Origin: Candidatus Dojkabacteria bacterium
GTDB lineage: Bacteria; Patescibacteriota; Dojkabacteria; SC72; JAFGCJ01
Direction: 5' to 3'
DNA: 64,000 bases
NCBI GenBank assembly: GCA_016929645.1
Contig: JAFGIK010000003.1
Span: 6,913 to 70,912 of the forward strand
Shown: positions 1 through 8,824 of the stretch, piece after piece
Layout: every line of letters starts with the position of its first letter
Position numbering within the stretch: the stretch's first letter is position 1
Made by a program: the position numbers and the translations under genes
The notes under the pieces: model-generated
The model's database searches: none
Told to the model about the DNA's origin: nothing
Seen by the model: the letters and a program-made list of their open reading frames with translations, nothing else

Positions 1-171
1 ACTTACAATTCAATATCCTCATAAGGGAATTATTCGAATGATAATAAAAAAATATTGACAGGTTGAATTATTCTTGAAATCTTGACTTTTTAGCCAAATA
101 GTTCAAAATCAGAAAATATTTGATAACAGAAAGTCGTTCTATATTGGACTTAATTTTATAAAGTAATACAA

Positions 172-1038
172 ATGAAGATAGCAGTGATCGGTTCAGAAGG
201 TTACGTTGGTAATGCGTTTTGTGAAATGGTAAAAAAACATTACGATGTTGTGAGATATGACTTAAAGTTAGAGGATAAGAATTCAACTGTAAAAGAGGTA
301 AATTCTGCAGATCTTGCAGTAATTGCCTTGCCTACACCTATGTCTCGTACCGAATTTATCGAAGTGGATGGGCTAAAAGTTTATAAATGTGATACTTCTA
401 TTCTCGAAGATGCAATTAAATGGATTGAAACTCCTGTTATTCTTATAAAAAGTACAATCCCTGTAGGGACTGTTGATAGGCTGAAGAAAGAAACAGGTAA
501 ACGGATTGTTTTCAGTCCTGAATACGTAGGGGAAACAAAGTATAGAGTAAATCCAGAACTAAATTTTCATACAGACATGGGTGCAACGCCATTTTTTATT
601 TTGGGTGGAGATGAAGAAGACTGTAATTATATTTTAGACATGCTTGTGCCTGTTTTAGGTCCTCAAAAGAAATATTATAAGGTGTCTGCTAAGACAGCAG
701 AATTTATTAAATACAAAGAAAATGACTATTTTGCCCATAAAGTTATATGGGCAAACGAGGCTAGGCAACAAGCTGAAGCTTTGGGTGTAGATTGGTATGA
801 GGCTTGGCAAGGTTGGGCTCTTGATCCTAGAGTTGACCCGATGCATACTGGAGTGTTCAAAGGCGACGAAGGATTCGCTGGATCTTGTTTTCCTAAGGAC
901 ACGAATGCTTTATGTTATTCTTTAATGGAAAAAGGTTTTAAATCTGATTTCCAAATTGCCATGCTTAAGAAGAATCTTAAGCTAAAAAAATGTAAAGATT
1001 ATCAAGAGCTGTCTGGTCGTAAGAAAAATCACAATTAA
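172..1038 (+). CDS. nucleotide-sugar (UDP-glucose/GDP-mannose) dehydrogenase family protein, short form lacking the C-terminal UDP-binding domain
   Basis: N-terminal Rossmann-like 'KIAVIGSEGYVGN'. Catalytic-Cys motif 'GFAGSCFPKD' near aa 243 matches the UDP-glucose dehydrogenase active site. Ends about 45 aa after the Cys; full-length enzymes carry about 130 aa more. Confidence 0.7.
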   Translation: MKIAVIGSEGYVGNAFCEMVKKHYDVVRYDLKLEDKNSTVKEVNSADLAVIALPTPMSRTEFIEVDGLKVYKCDTSILEDAIKWIETPVILIKSTIPVGTVDRLKKETGKRIVFSPEYVGETKYRVNPELNFHTDMGATPFFILGGDEEDCNYILDMLVPVLGPQKKYYKVSAKTAEFIKYKENDYFAHKVIWANEARQQAEALGVDWYEAWQGWALDPRVDPMHTGVFKGDEGFAGSCFPKDTNALCYSLMEKGFKSDFQIAMLKKNLKLKKCKDYQELSGRKKNHN

Positions 1039-1062
1039 GTTTTATAGAAGTATATATGAGTC

Positions 1063-1764
1063 GTGAACCTTCCATTTTTTAAGAAAAAAATAGCAATTTA
1101 TACTGCGATTTTTGGCGACGATTATGATTTTCTCAAGCCTCAGCCAAGGTTTCCGAATGTTGATTATTTCTGTTTTACTGATAATAAATCTACGAATTCT
1201 GATTTATTTAAAATTATCCATTTTGTTCCAACATCTGAGGATCCTGTTCGTAGTGCGAAGCTATTTAAGGTTGTTCCTCATTTGTTTCTTCCTGAATATG
1301 AATACACTATTTGGATAGATGCAACCGTAGTTATGAAGGATTATTCATTTATCAACTTGTTTCTAGACAAATTGCAAACTGCAGAAATTTCGTTTGTTAA
1401 GCACCCGGAAAGGAATTGTGTATATGAGGAGGCGAAAGCTTGTATTGAATTGAAAAAGGATAATAAAGAAGTGATAAATGCCCAAATGCTAAAATATACG
1501 AAAGAAGGTTATCCTAAGAATTACGGATTATTAGCTGGGGGTATAATCGCTAGAAAAAACAAATCGATGAAAATCATCAAATTCAATGAGCTTTGGTGGA
1601 ATGAAATTTTGCATAATAGTCGTAGAGATCAATTGAGTCTAGTATATTCTCTTTGGAAATTGGGTATTATACCTGGAGTTGTTGATGTTGAACTTCTTCA
1701 AAACGAATATTTTTACAATGACTATCTTGGAAGAAAAGAATTTAGAAACAAAAAATATGCTTAA
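1063..1764 (+). CDS. DUF616/TOD1-like putative glycosyltransferase
   Basis: N-terminal 'IAIYTAIFGDDYDFL' resembles the AIFGNYD motif of DUF616 capsule-synthesis glycosyltransferase-like proteins. Sits in a sugar-modification gene context. Confidence 0.5.
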   Translation: MNLPFFKKKIAIYTAIFGDDYDFLKPQPRFPNVDYFCFTDNKSTNSDLFKIIHFVPTSEDPVRSAKLFKVVPHLFLPEYEYTIWIDATVVMKDYSFINLFLDKLQTAEISFVKHPERNCVYEEAKACIELKKDNKEVINAQMLKYTKEGYPKNYGLLAGGIIARKNKSMKIIKFNELWWNEILHNSRRDQLSLVYSLWKLGIIPGVVDVELLQNEYFYNDYLGRKEFRNKKYA

Positions 1765-3073
1765 TCAAGTTGAAATTTCCAAGGAGCCTACACTAATTTC
1801 TGGGAAAAATCATTATTTACTCACTGATAAGAAACGGTTATGGCAGTGCTACATTGATGATTATGTAAATAATTTGGTAACAGAAGAGTCGTTCGATTCA
1901 CTTTATGGTCAGATTATAAAAAAAATCATTATTGATAATTTACAGATCTTTAAACATAAATCTCAGGAAATGAGACTTCCGTCGGTACCGTTAGTTTCAA
2001 TAATTGTTGTTAACTGGAATGGAGAGAAATATCTAGATGATTTTTTTAATTCACTATTAGTGCAAACGTATAAGAATTTTGAAGTCATTTTTGTTGATCA
2101 TGCTTCCATTGATAATTCTATAAGTATAGCTAAAAGCTACATTAATAAGGGTCTAGATGTAAAGATCATCAGGAGGAACAGGAATTATGGGTTTTCTCCT
2201 GGTAATAATCTTGGTGTCCTTCGCTCGAAAGGCAAGGTATTATTCTTATTAAATAATGATGTCAAACTTGATGAAAATTGTATTAACAATGCCTTATTTG
2301 CGATGCAAACTTATAAATGTAAAAAACTTGGTGCTATATTTCCGAAAGTTCTTTTTTGGGACAGACCTGGAGTAATTAACTCATTGGAGGCGAAGTGGAA
2401 TCACTTATACCAATGGATAGACTATTGTAATGGGAAGATTGATTGTAACGAAGATAACTCTATGAAGAAAATTTTCGGGACGATCTTCCCGGCTGTTTTT
2501 ATCGAGAGACAAACATTTATTGATATTGGTCTATTTGACAATATTTTCTTCAGTTACGCTGAAGATATGGATATTTCCTATCGCTTAAATGTACTTGGAT
2601 ACACAAATATTAGTGTGCCTTTTTCTTTTTTATATCATAAATATAGATCTTCTTCTCAAGAAAAAGTTCAGACTGAATTTTCGGTGTTTTGGGGGGTAAG
2701 AAATTATCTTTTTGTTTTGTTGAAAAATATGGAATTTATCCACCTCGCTAGAGTTTTTCCAAAGTTTTTTAAACGGATTGTTGTTAAACCTATGTACTAT
2801 AGTCTATTAAATTGTCAGTACAAAAGATTTTTTACATACGTAAAAATAATTTTAAGTGCAATTTTTTATACTCCATATGTGTTGTTTCAAAGATGGAAGA
2901 TAAATAAAAAGAGGGTTTGGAGTGATGATGAGTTTTTTGATCCTAAGGCTCGTGAAAATTATGATATATTTTTCTTTAATTCAAAGCCTGTAATAAGTAA
3001 ACTAAGTATAGATTCAGCGTTAAAAGGAAGTCAAAAATATGATGTATCAGGTATTGAATACGAGACTTATTAG
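1757..3073 (+). CDS. family 2 glycosyltransferase (GT-A fold)
   Basis: 'VSIIVVNWNGEKYLDDFFNSLLVQTYKNFEVIFVDHAS' is a classic GT2 N-terminus with DxD-type region. Start chosen at ATG 1757 (MLNQ...), overlapping the upstream stop by 8 nt; the ORF-track start 1679 lies inside the upstream gene. Confidence 0.8.
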   Translation: MLNQVEISKEPTLISGKNHYLLTDKKRLWQCYIDDYVNNLVTEESFDSLYGQIIKKIIIDNLQIFKHKSQEMRLPSVPLVSIIVVNWNGEKYLDDFFNSLLVQTYKNFEVIFVDHASIDNSISIAKSYINKGLDVKIIRRNRNYGFSPGNNLGVLRSKGKVLFLLNNDVKLDENCINNALFAMQTYKCKKLGAIFPKVLFWDRPGVINSLEAKWNHLYQWIDYCNGKIDCNEDNSMKKIFGTIFPAVFIERQTFIDIGLFDNIFFSYAEDMDISYRLNVLGYTNISVPFSFLYHKYRSSSQEKVQTEFSVFWGVRNYLFVLLKNMEFIHLARVFPKFFKRIVVKPMYYSLLNCQYKRFFTYVKIILSAIFYTPYVLFQRWKINKKRVWSDDEFFDPKARENYDIFFFNSKPVISKLSIDSALKGSQKYDVSGIEYETY

Positions 3074-4392
3074 GTGAGCTTTACAAGGCTCGTATACAAA
3101 TCCAGAATTTTTGAATTTTGTTCGTCAACCATCTCTATTTTGGTAGTAAATATTTCTTTTTGCATTTCTTTGTAAATATTTCGATCTTTGATAAAAGGCT
3201 CAATTGCTTGTATAAGTTCTTGCTCGAGTTGTTTATCGTGATTTGAACACCAATTAACAAGGATTGAGTTTTTATTATGTCTTACAATATTTTTTACTCC
3301 CCCTGCATTTGTAGCTATTACTGGAATTCCTCGTACAAGTGCTTCCCTGACTATTAGCCCGTAAGATTCTTTTACGACAGATGGTGCTAATAGTATATCA
3401 ATTTTATGAAAAACTTCGTTATCAATATTCTCAATGCTGTATCTTGTGTGAAACTCTATTGTTTTTGGAAGAAGAATTCTTCTCAATTCCCGAAGTATGT
3501 TGAATATAAATTTATCTTTAGTTTGTGGATGGTTATATATATGAAGCTGTAATCTGTTAGGATATTTTCTGCTTAATTCTTTTACTGCATTTATACATGC
3601 ATCTGATCCTTTTGTAACATTTTCTCCGGAAACAAACCCTAGATTGATCCTGTTTCCCAAATCTCTGTTCTTGTAGTACTTAATCTCTTCTGCTTTGGGA
3701 AATTGAACACCGACTGGTATTGAAATAAGCTTATTTTTAAAACCTATATTTGACTCAATGTCATTGCAGAATGATTTTGAAACACATATTATTTTGTCAA
3801 CTTTTTCTAGTATTGACTTAAGGTAATTATCTCTCTCTTGTATAAATTTCTCTGGGATTAATCCTTTGGTTTTCATGAAATCCTCAAAAAAGTATATAGA
3901 TTTTAGTTCTTCGTTTTTATCGATAATTTGATTTCTAAAAGGATAACCATTTGGTTTTAGCATAAATTCCCATGTTGAAAGCCACCAATAATCATGCATT
4001 GTTAATATTATAGGTATTTTTGGGAAGTTTTCTTTTAGAACTTTTACTGCATTTGCACCAATTACTTTGATTGAATGAAGATGGATGATGTCTGGTTTAA
4101 TCTTTTTTACAAGATCAATTAAAGGTTGACCTATTGATGGGTTGACATAATCCTCAATAGTATACATGTATTTTTTGTCTGTTAATGAGGATTCATGACA
4201 GGGTAAAAAATAACGTTTAATTTTGTTATGCGTGATCTCTGTTATGTGTTGCTCCGAAGAATCTTTATTTAATGAGATAATATTAACTTTGTGCTTGTTT
4301 TCTAATAAAAATCGAGATAAAAGTTCTATATGAGTTGAAACTCCATTAACGTATAAAGGGGCCGCACTATTGTGGATAAATAATATTTTCAT
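3070..4392 (-). CDS. GT4-type glycosyltransferase (GT-B, group 1)
   Basis: C-terminal 'ESYGLIVREALVRGIPVIATNAGG' matches the E-x7-E/GT1 signature. Start taken at the internal Met of 'MKILFIHNS'. Confidence 0.8.
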   Translation of the reverse strand: MKILFIHNSAAPLYVNGVSTHIELLSRFLLENKHKVNIISLNKDSSEQHITEITHNKIKRYFLPCHESSLTDKKYMYTIEDYVNPSIGQPLIDLVKKIKPDIIHLHSIKVIGANAVKVLKENFPKIPIILTMHDYWWLSTWEFMLKPNGYPFRNQIIDKNEELKSIYFFEDFMKTKGLIPEKFIQERDNYLKSILEKVDKIICVSKSFCNDIESNIGFKNKLISIPVGVQFPKAEEIKYYKNRDLGNRINLGFVSGENVTKGSDACINAVKELSRKYPNRLQLHIYNHPQTKDKFIFNILRELRRILLPKTIEFHTRYSIENIDNEVFHKIDILLAPSVVKESYGLIVREALVRGIPVIATNAGGVKNIVRHNKNSILVNWCSNHDKQLEQELIQAIEPFIKDRNIYKEMQKEIFTTKIEMVDEQNSKILDLYTSLVKLT

Positions 4393-4516
4393 ATATGGAA
4401 CAATAAATTTTGTCGTGCTAGAATGGGTAAACTTATAGGTATATTTTAACATAGTACATTTTTTTTGTAATGCACTATGCGTATCTAGTTTGGATTAGTT
4501 TTGCATCTGAAACCTG

Positions 4517-5980
4517 ATGAAGCACAAAAAAGAATTAAATAATAATGAAGAAAACTTTCAGAAGATTTTTACGATTTGCCTGTTTGCTTTGTTTGGAGTT
4601 ATTTTGTTTGTTCGGACAATATTAATAACTAATCATAGTGACTTTCTAAATACTTATAAGTACTTTACCAATGACAGTTATATGTGGATTGCTAATGGCA
4701 TATACTATTTTCGCGACAAAGCTATTGCGTATCCTAACCTAGGTTTGTCATTAGTAATCAAAATTTTATGGAATATCAAAGCGATAAGTATCCTTCCTTA
4801 TATATATTCCAGTATGCTTTTTTTGATAATCTTTTTTGTAAACAGATCTATTTATATACTAAATAAGAAAAAGAATGCTTTTTTTGTCTCGACTGTGGTC
4901 ACTATTGCAATGATGATTAATTATGATTTACTAGACTTTTCAAAGTATATTCTTGCGGATATCTTTGCTCATGCCTTTATTGCTATTTCGACTTATTTTG
5001 CAATAAAGAAGAAATTAAATTTGACCTTTCTTTTTTTAGGAATATCTGCACTTTTTCAAAATTATGCCTATTTTATAGCAACGATTTGGATCTTTCTTTC
5101 ATTCTGGGAATTTTTTAAGGAGAAAAAGCTAGATTTTAAATCATCGATTAAGAAAACTTTTTTGCTTGGCTTTGTATTTATCATCCCTAATTTACCTGTT
5201 CTTCTATATAAATTTATTGAATTTGGTAATCCTCTCTACACTAAGGTTATTCAGTTCCAACTCTTAGATTTTCATACAGATTCGATATTTTTTTATATTG
5301 TAAATCTAATTGATATCTACACTTTTCCTGTTATCTGTTTAGTCTTGTTTATGATAGCTATTCATGCGTTTCAAGGAAAATTTTTCAAATTTAAGTATCT
5401 TTATTCTGGATTATTGTGGGGGCTGTTTTTTTGGATATTCTGCTACGACTGGAATGATAAACGCTTTATGCTATATATACTACCCTTTGTTTACTTGATT
5501 GCTGGCAATGCAATGTCATATATTATTAATTTGATGGAAAAACTAAAGGATATAAGAGGGGCATTTTTGTTTTTCTTAATATCTATTCTATTTCTTCATT
5601 CTTTCAATAATGTTTCAGGATTCTTGACTCCTAATCAGGTTGTATTATTTCCTGATCTATCGGTAGCTTTTGAAAGACACCACAACGGTTCGAGTGGTGA
5701 TAATATAGATACATCTTTCGAGTTTCAGACGTGTAGCTATAAATCTATTGTAGAAAGAACAATTATAATTGATGAGTTCTCTAATAAAGATTTTTATCAG
5801 GGTTCCAAAAATGTATTTTATGTATACAGTGAATTTATTGATGATCGATATGATTATAAGAATAATTCAATATGTATATTACCAGAAGAGGACTTTGACA
5901 TGTATGTATTTAATTCTGTACTGAAAATTAAAACAGGAAAGTATTTAACAGATTTAGAATTGATTGAGAATTGTAAGTAA
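4517..5980 (+). CDS. polytopic membrane protein, possible ArnT/PMT-like glycosyltransferase or oligosaccharide polymerase
   Basis: More than 10 predicted hydrophobic segments, a large hydrophilic C-terminal domain, and embedded in a glycosyltransferase cluster. Confidence 0.45.
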   Translation: MKHKKELNNNEENFQKIFTICLFALFGVILFVRTILITNHSDFLNTYKYFTNDSYMWIANGIYYFRDKAIAYPNLGLSLVIKILWNIKAISILPYIYSSMLFLIIFFVNRSIYILNKKKNAFFVSTVVTIAMMINYDLLDFSKYILADIFAHAFIAISTYFAIKKKLNLTFLFLGISALFQNYAYFIATIWIFLSFWEFFKEKKLDFKSSIKKTFLLGFVFIIPNLPVLLYKFIEFGNPLYTKVIQFQLLDFHTDSIFFYIVNLIDIYTFPVICLVLFMIAIHAFQGKFFKFKYLYSGLLWGLFFWIFCYDWNDKRFMLYILPFVYLIAGNAMSYIINLMEKLKDIRGAFLFFLISILFLHSFNNVSGFLTPNQVVLFPDLSVAFERHHNGSSGDNIDTSFEFQTCSYKSIVERTIIIDEFSNKDFYQGSKNVFYVYSEFIDDRYDYKNNSICILPEEDFDMYVFNSVLKIKTGKYLTDLELIENCK

Positions 5981-6889
5981 TCATTTAAAGACTTTGTGTT
6001 TCGCAGCTCTGAATTTTTTAAACAAGGTCCATATTGATTTGTAAAAAGATGAATTTTGTAAAATATCAAATTCCATAAGTTCTCTTTGATATTTTTCCTT
6101 TTCTCTCATAAGTTCTGCGTTTTGTTTCTTTATTAACAGAAAAGATTTGTCAGCGACTAACATTGGTTTAAATTTGATGTTTATCTCTTCCCTTTTTACT
6201 ATCTTGTCTGATGGTTTAACTCTAAATATATATTGATAAGCTTGTGATTGAATGTCGCTTAATTTATTTACAAATCTGCTAGAAATCTTTAATCCTACAT
6301 TTTCCAACATTGATTTGATAATTTCTCTTGGTACATCTCTTTCAACATATTTTTTTTCAACTATTATATAGCCGGATTCTTTTAAAATATCTGAAAAGGA
6401 TTTCAGTGTGAAATAATGTAAGTGTGTATTATCTAAGATTCCCGTTAATTCAGGGTCGAAACTACCATTCAATAGTTCTAATCTGATAGATTGATGTGCG
6501 ATATTTGGTATAGATATAAGAATTTCCCCGTTAGGGTTTAGTATTTTTTTTGTATTCATAAGGATTCGGCTTGGATTTACTGTATGTTCAAGAACATCCG
6601 CAAATATTACATAGTCAAATTTTTCTTTTATCAGATCGAAAGTTATATCCTCATCAAGACTATTTGTCCAGACCTTTTTACAAATTTTTTGAGCCTTTTG
6701 CGCAACGGATTTATTGATTTCTAGGCCGTAAACTTCGCATTTTTTATTTTCTTTTAGTAATTTGCATAGACTTCCTGAATCACAACCCATATCTATTATG
6801 CGAGTAGATTCTGCAACCCAGTTATATATAATACTTAAGGAATCATTAGAATTATCAAGATCTATTTTTCGAACAGAGTACTTACTCAT
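5981..6889 (-). CDS. class I SAM-dependent methyltransferase
   Basis: 'IIDMGCDSGSLCKLL' (motif I) and 'VIFADVLEHTVNP' (motif II/post-I). Has a C-terminal coiled-coil-like tail. Confidence 0.75.
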   Translation of the reverse strand: MSKYSVRKIDLDNSNDSLSIIYNWVAESTRIIDMGCDSGSLCKLLKENKKCEVYGLEINKSVAQKAQKICKKVWTNSLDEDITFDLIKEKFDYVIFADVLEHTVNPSRILMNTKKILNPNGEILISIPNIAHQSIRLELLNGSFDPELTGILDNTHLHYFTLKSFSDILKESGYIIVEKKYVERDVPREIIKSMLENVGLKISSRFVNKLSDIQSQAYQYIFRVKPSDKIVKREEINIKFKPMLVADKSFLLIKKQNAELMREKEKYQRELMEFDILQNSSFYKSIWTLFKKFRAAKHKVFK

Positions 6890-6957
6890 TATTAGCCATT
6901 TACAAATATTTTTATGATATCATTGATAATATCATATATTAATCTCTTGAATAAATA

Positions 6958-7827
6958 ATGAAACGAAAAAAAATCCTAATTCTTGCAGATGCTCCGGGTT
7001 GGGTTGTTGATAAGTTTACTGATATCATGATTTCTCGAATGGATTTTGATTTCACTAAGCGATTTTATACTCAAATTTCATCAGAAGAGTTTATGGAAAT
7101 TTCTCCAAATTTTGATTTGATTCATTATCAGAATTGGGATATTCAGTATCATTTAGATGTTCTTAAGAGTATAAAGACTCCAAAGCTGGTGTCAGTGCGT
7201 TCCCATAGATATAATGATATTTTTGAGAATAACTATGGAATATTCGAAAATGTTCATGTTATAAATCCCGTCTTAGTTAAGGAATTTCCTGGTTCGACTT
7301 TTATCCCTGATGGAGTTGATGTGGATTTATTTAAGCCTAAACATAAATTTATCGTCGGTGGAGTAGGGAAAAAAGTTGATTATAACAACGAGTGTAAAGG
7401 CCTTTATCTTATCAAGCAGGCTTGTGATGAACTTGGTATTGAATTCAGACCTGCTGAAGGACAGTTTAAATATGAGGAAATGCCTGAATATTATAATTCT
7501 ATTGATGTATTGGTTTGCGCATCTTCTCGTATTGAAGGTCAATTTGCAGCTATTTTTGAATGTATGGCTATGAATAAACCCGTGATTACAGTTGATATAA
7601 ATTCTGTTCTAGATTTAAATCTGGTAAAAGTTGATCGTTCAGTAGAGGGTATAAAAGAAGGTATCCTCAAATTTTATAATAGACCTTTGATAGAAAAGCA
7701 ATATAGCTGGGAAGTTGTGTGTGAAAATTTTACTGATCTTTACAATGATACTATGATACAAACTGAATGTATTAATGATCGGATTGGTCTTTTGAAAAAG
7801 ATTTTCAGAAAAAGGTCTCGGGGATAG
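6958..7827 (+). CDS. small GT4-like glycosyltransferase (GT-B C-terminal domain protein)
   Basis: 'RIEGQFAAIFECMAMNKPVITVD' matches the E-x7-E motif of retaining GT1/GT4 enzymes. Confidence 0.5.
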   Translation: MKRKKILILADAPGWVVDKFTDIMISRMDFDFTKRFYTQISSEEFMEISPNFDLIHYQNWDIQYHLDVLKSIKTPKLVSVRSHRYNDIFENNYGIFENVHVINPVLVKEFPGSTFIPDGVDVDLFKPKHKFIVGGVGKKVDYNNECKGLYLIKQACDELGIEFRPAEGQFKYEEMPEYYNSIDVLVCASSRIEGQFAAIFECMAMNKPVITVDINSVLDLNLVKVDRSVEGIKEGILKFYNRPLIEKQYSWEVVCENFTDLYNDTMIQTECINDRIGLLKKIFRKRSRG

Positions 7828-7863
7828 TACTTCTTTCAAGAGAGGTTACGCTTTATTATTATT

Positions 7864-8727
7864 TCAGTTCTTTTTGAATAGATTTCGAGTCTTTGTATAG
7901 GTTTTCCACACGAGTGTATTTTCCATGTTTTGAATTTTCTGTTCTTTCTCATTAATTATTCCTAATAATTCTTCCTTATCTCTATCATTATTTTTGGAAT
8001 TTGCTAAATTAGAAATTTTTAGTATCTTCTCTAATAATTCATGGTTTCCTTGGGCCTTTATATATACAGCATGTCTTTTTTGATTAAATGGATTGAATGC
8101 TAGTACAAATCCAGAGTTTTCTATCTTCGTGATATCTATTGGTATATGATGCTCTTCAAATAATAGTATTTGTATCTTATCAAGAGCTTGGACAGATAAA
8201 TTTTTTATAATTTCTGCCTCGTATCCTTCAAGGTCTAGCTTTAGCATGAAAATAGATTTATCCGATTCTTCTATGATTCGATTTAGATTCACAACCTTTA
8301 CGGTTTGATACACAGTTGTGTCGCTTTTATCACTTTTGGATAGAGTGAAACGTCCAGTATGGCCTGAATCAATGGTTCCGTACAGTTTAGCTTCTGTATC
8401 CTTGGTTCCGAGGGCTTCGTTAAAGATACTTATTCGCTTAATGTCTTTCGTATTCTCTTTTAGAATTTTGAAATTTTCTAAATTAGGTTCATATGAAAGG
8501 AGATTGGCTCTTTGGGTTAAAAGGGCAGTCATCAATGTGAATGTTCCTATATGAGCACCACCATCTATTATAATTGAAGGTTTATCGGGTTCAAGTTTAC
8601 AAAGCTCTTTTAAGAAAAACATGTCATAATCAATAACTTCTGGTATTGTGAACTTTATGTCATCGGTGTTTTCCCTGTAATTGATCTTTGTTTTTAATCT
8701 TCCTATTTTTCTTGTCGTTGTAGGCAC
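7864..8727 (-). CDS. FkbM-family methyltransferase
   Basis: 'IIDGGAHIGTFT' is the FkbM-domain signature; C-terminal coiled coil. Confidence 0.75.
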   Translation of the reverse strand: MPTTTRKIGRLKTKINYRENTDDIKFTIPEVIDYDMFFLKELCKLEPDKPSIIIDGGAHIGTFTLMTALLTQRANLLSYEPNLENFKILKENTKDIKRISIFNEALGTKDTEAKLYGTIDSGHTGRFTLSKSDKSDTTVYQTVKVVNLNRIIEESDKSIFMLKLDLEGYEAEIIKNLSVQALDKIQILLFEEHHIPIDITKIENSGFVLAFNPFNQKRHAVYIKAQGNHELLEKILKISNLANSKNNDRDKEELLGIINEKEQKIQNMENTLVWKTYTKTRNLFKKN

Positions 8728-8824
8728 AGCAGCAGATTACTTAAAAATTATTATTGAAGAGTTTTATAATAAAAGCTTTCCGACAAATATATAAAAGTTG
8801 GGAAGCTTCTATTTTTTTTGTATT

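Noticed and set aside
655-846. Short antisense or alternate-frame ORFs inside confidently assigned genes (for example 655-846, 1112-1318, 9717-9914, 10257-10451, 10765-11037, 22315-22503, 23921-24314, 34550-34786, 51778-52089)
   Set aside because: Each is embedded within a longer ORF with clear family motifs on the other strand or frame. Translations are low-complexity and lack motifs; they are expected by chance in AT-rich DNA with 60-aa cutoffs.
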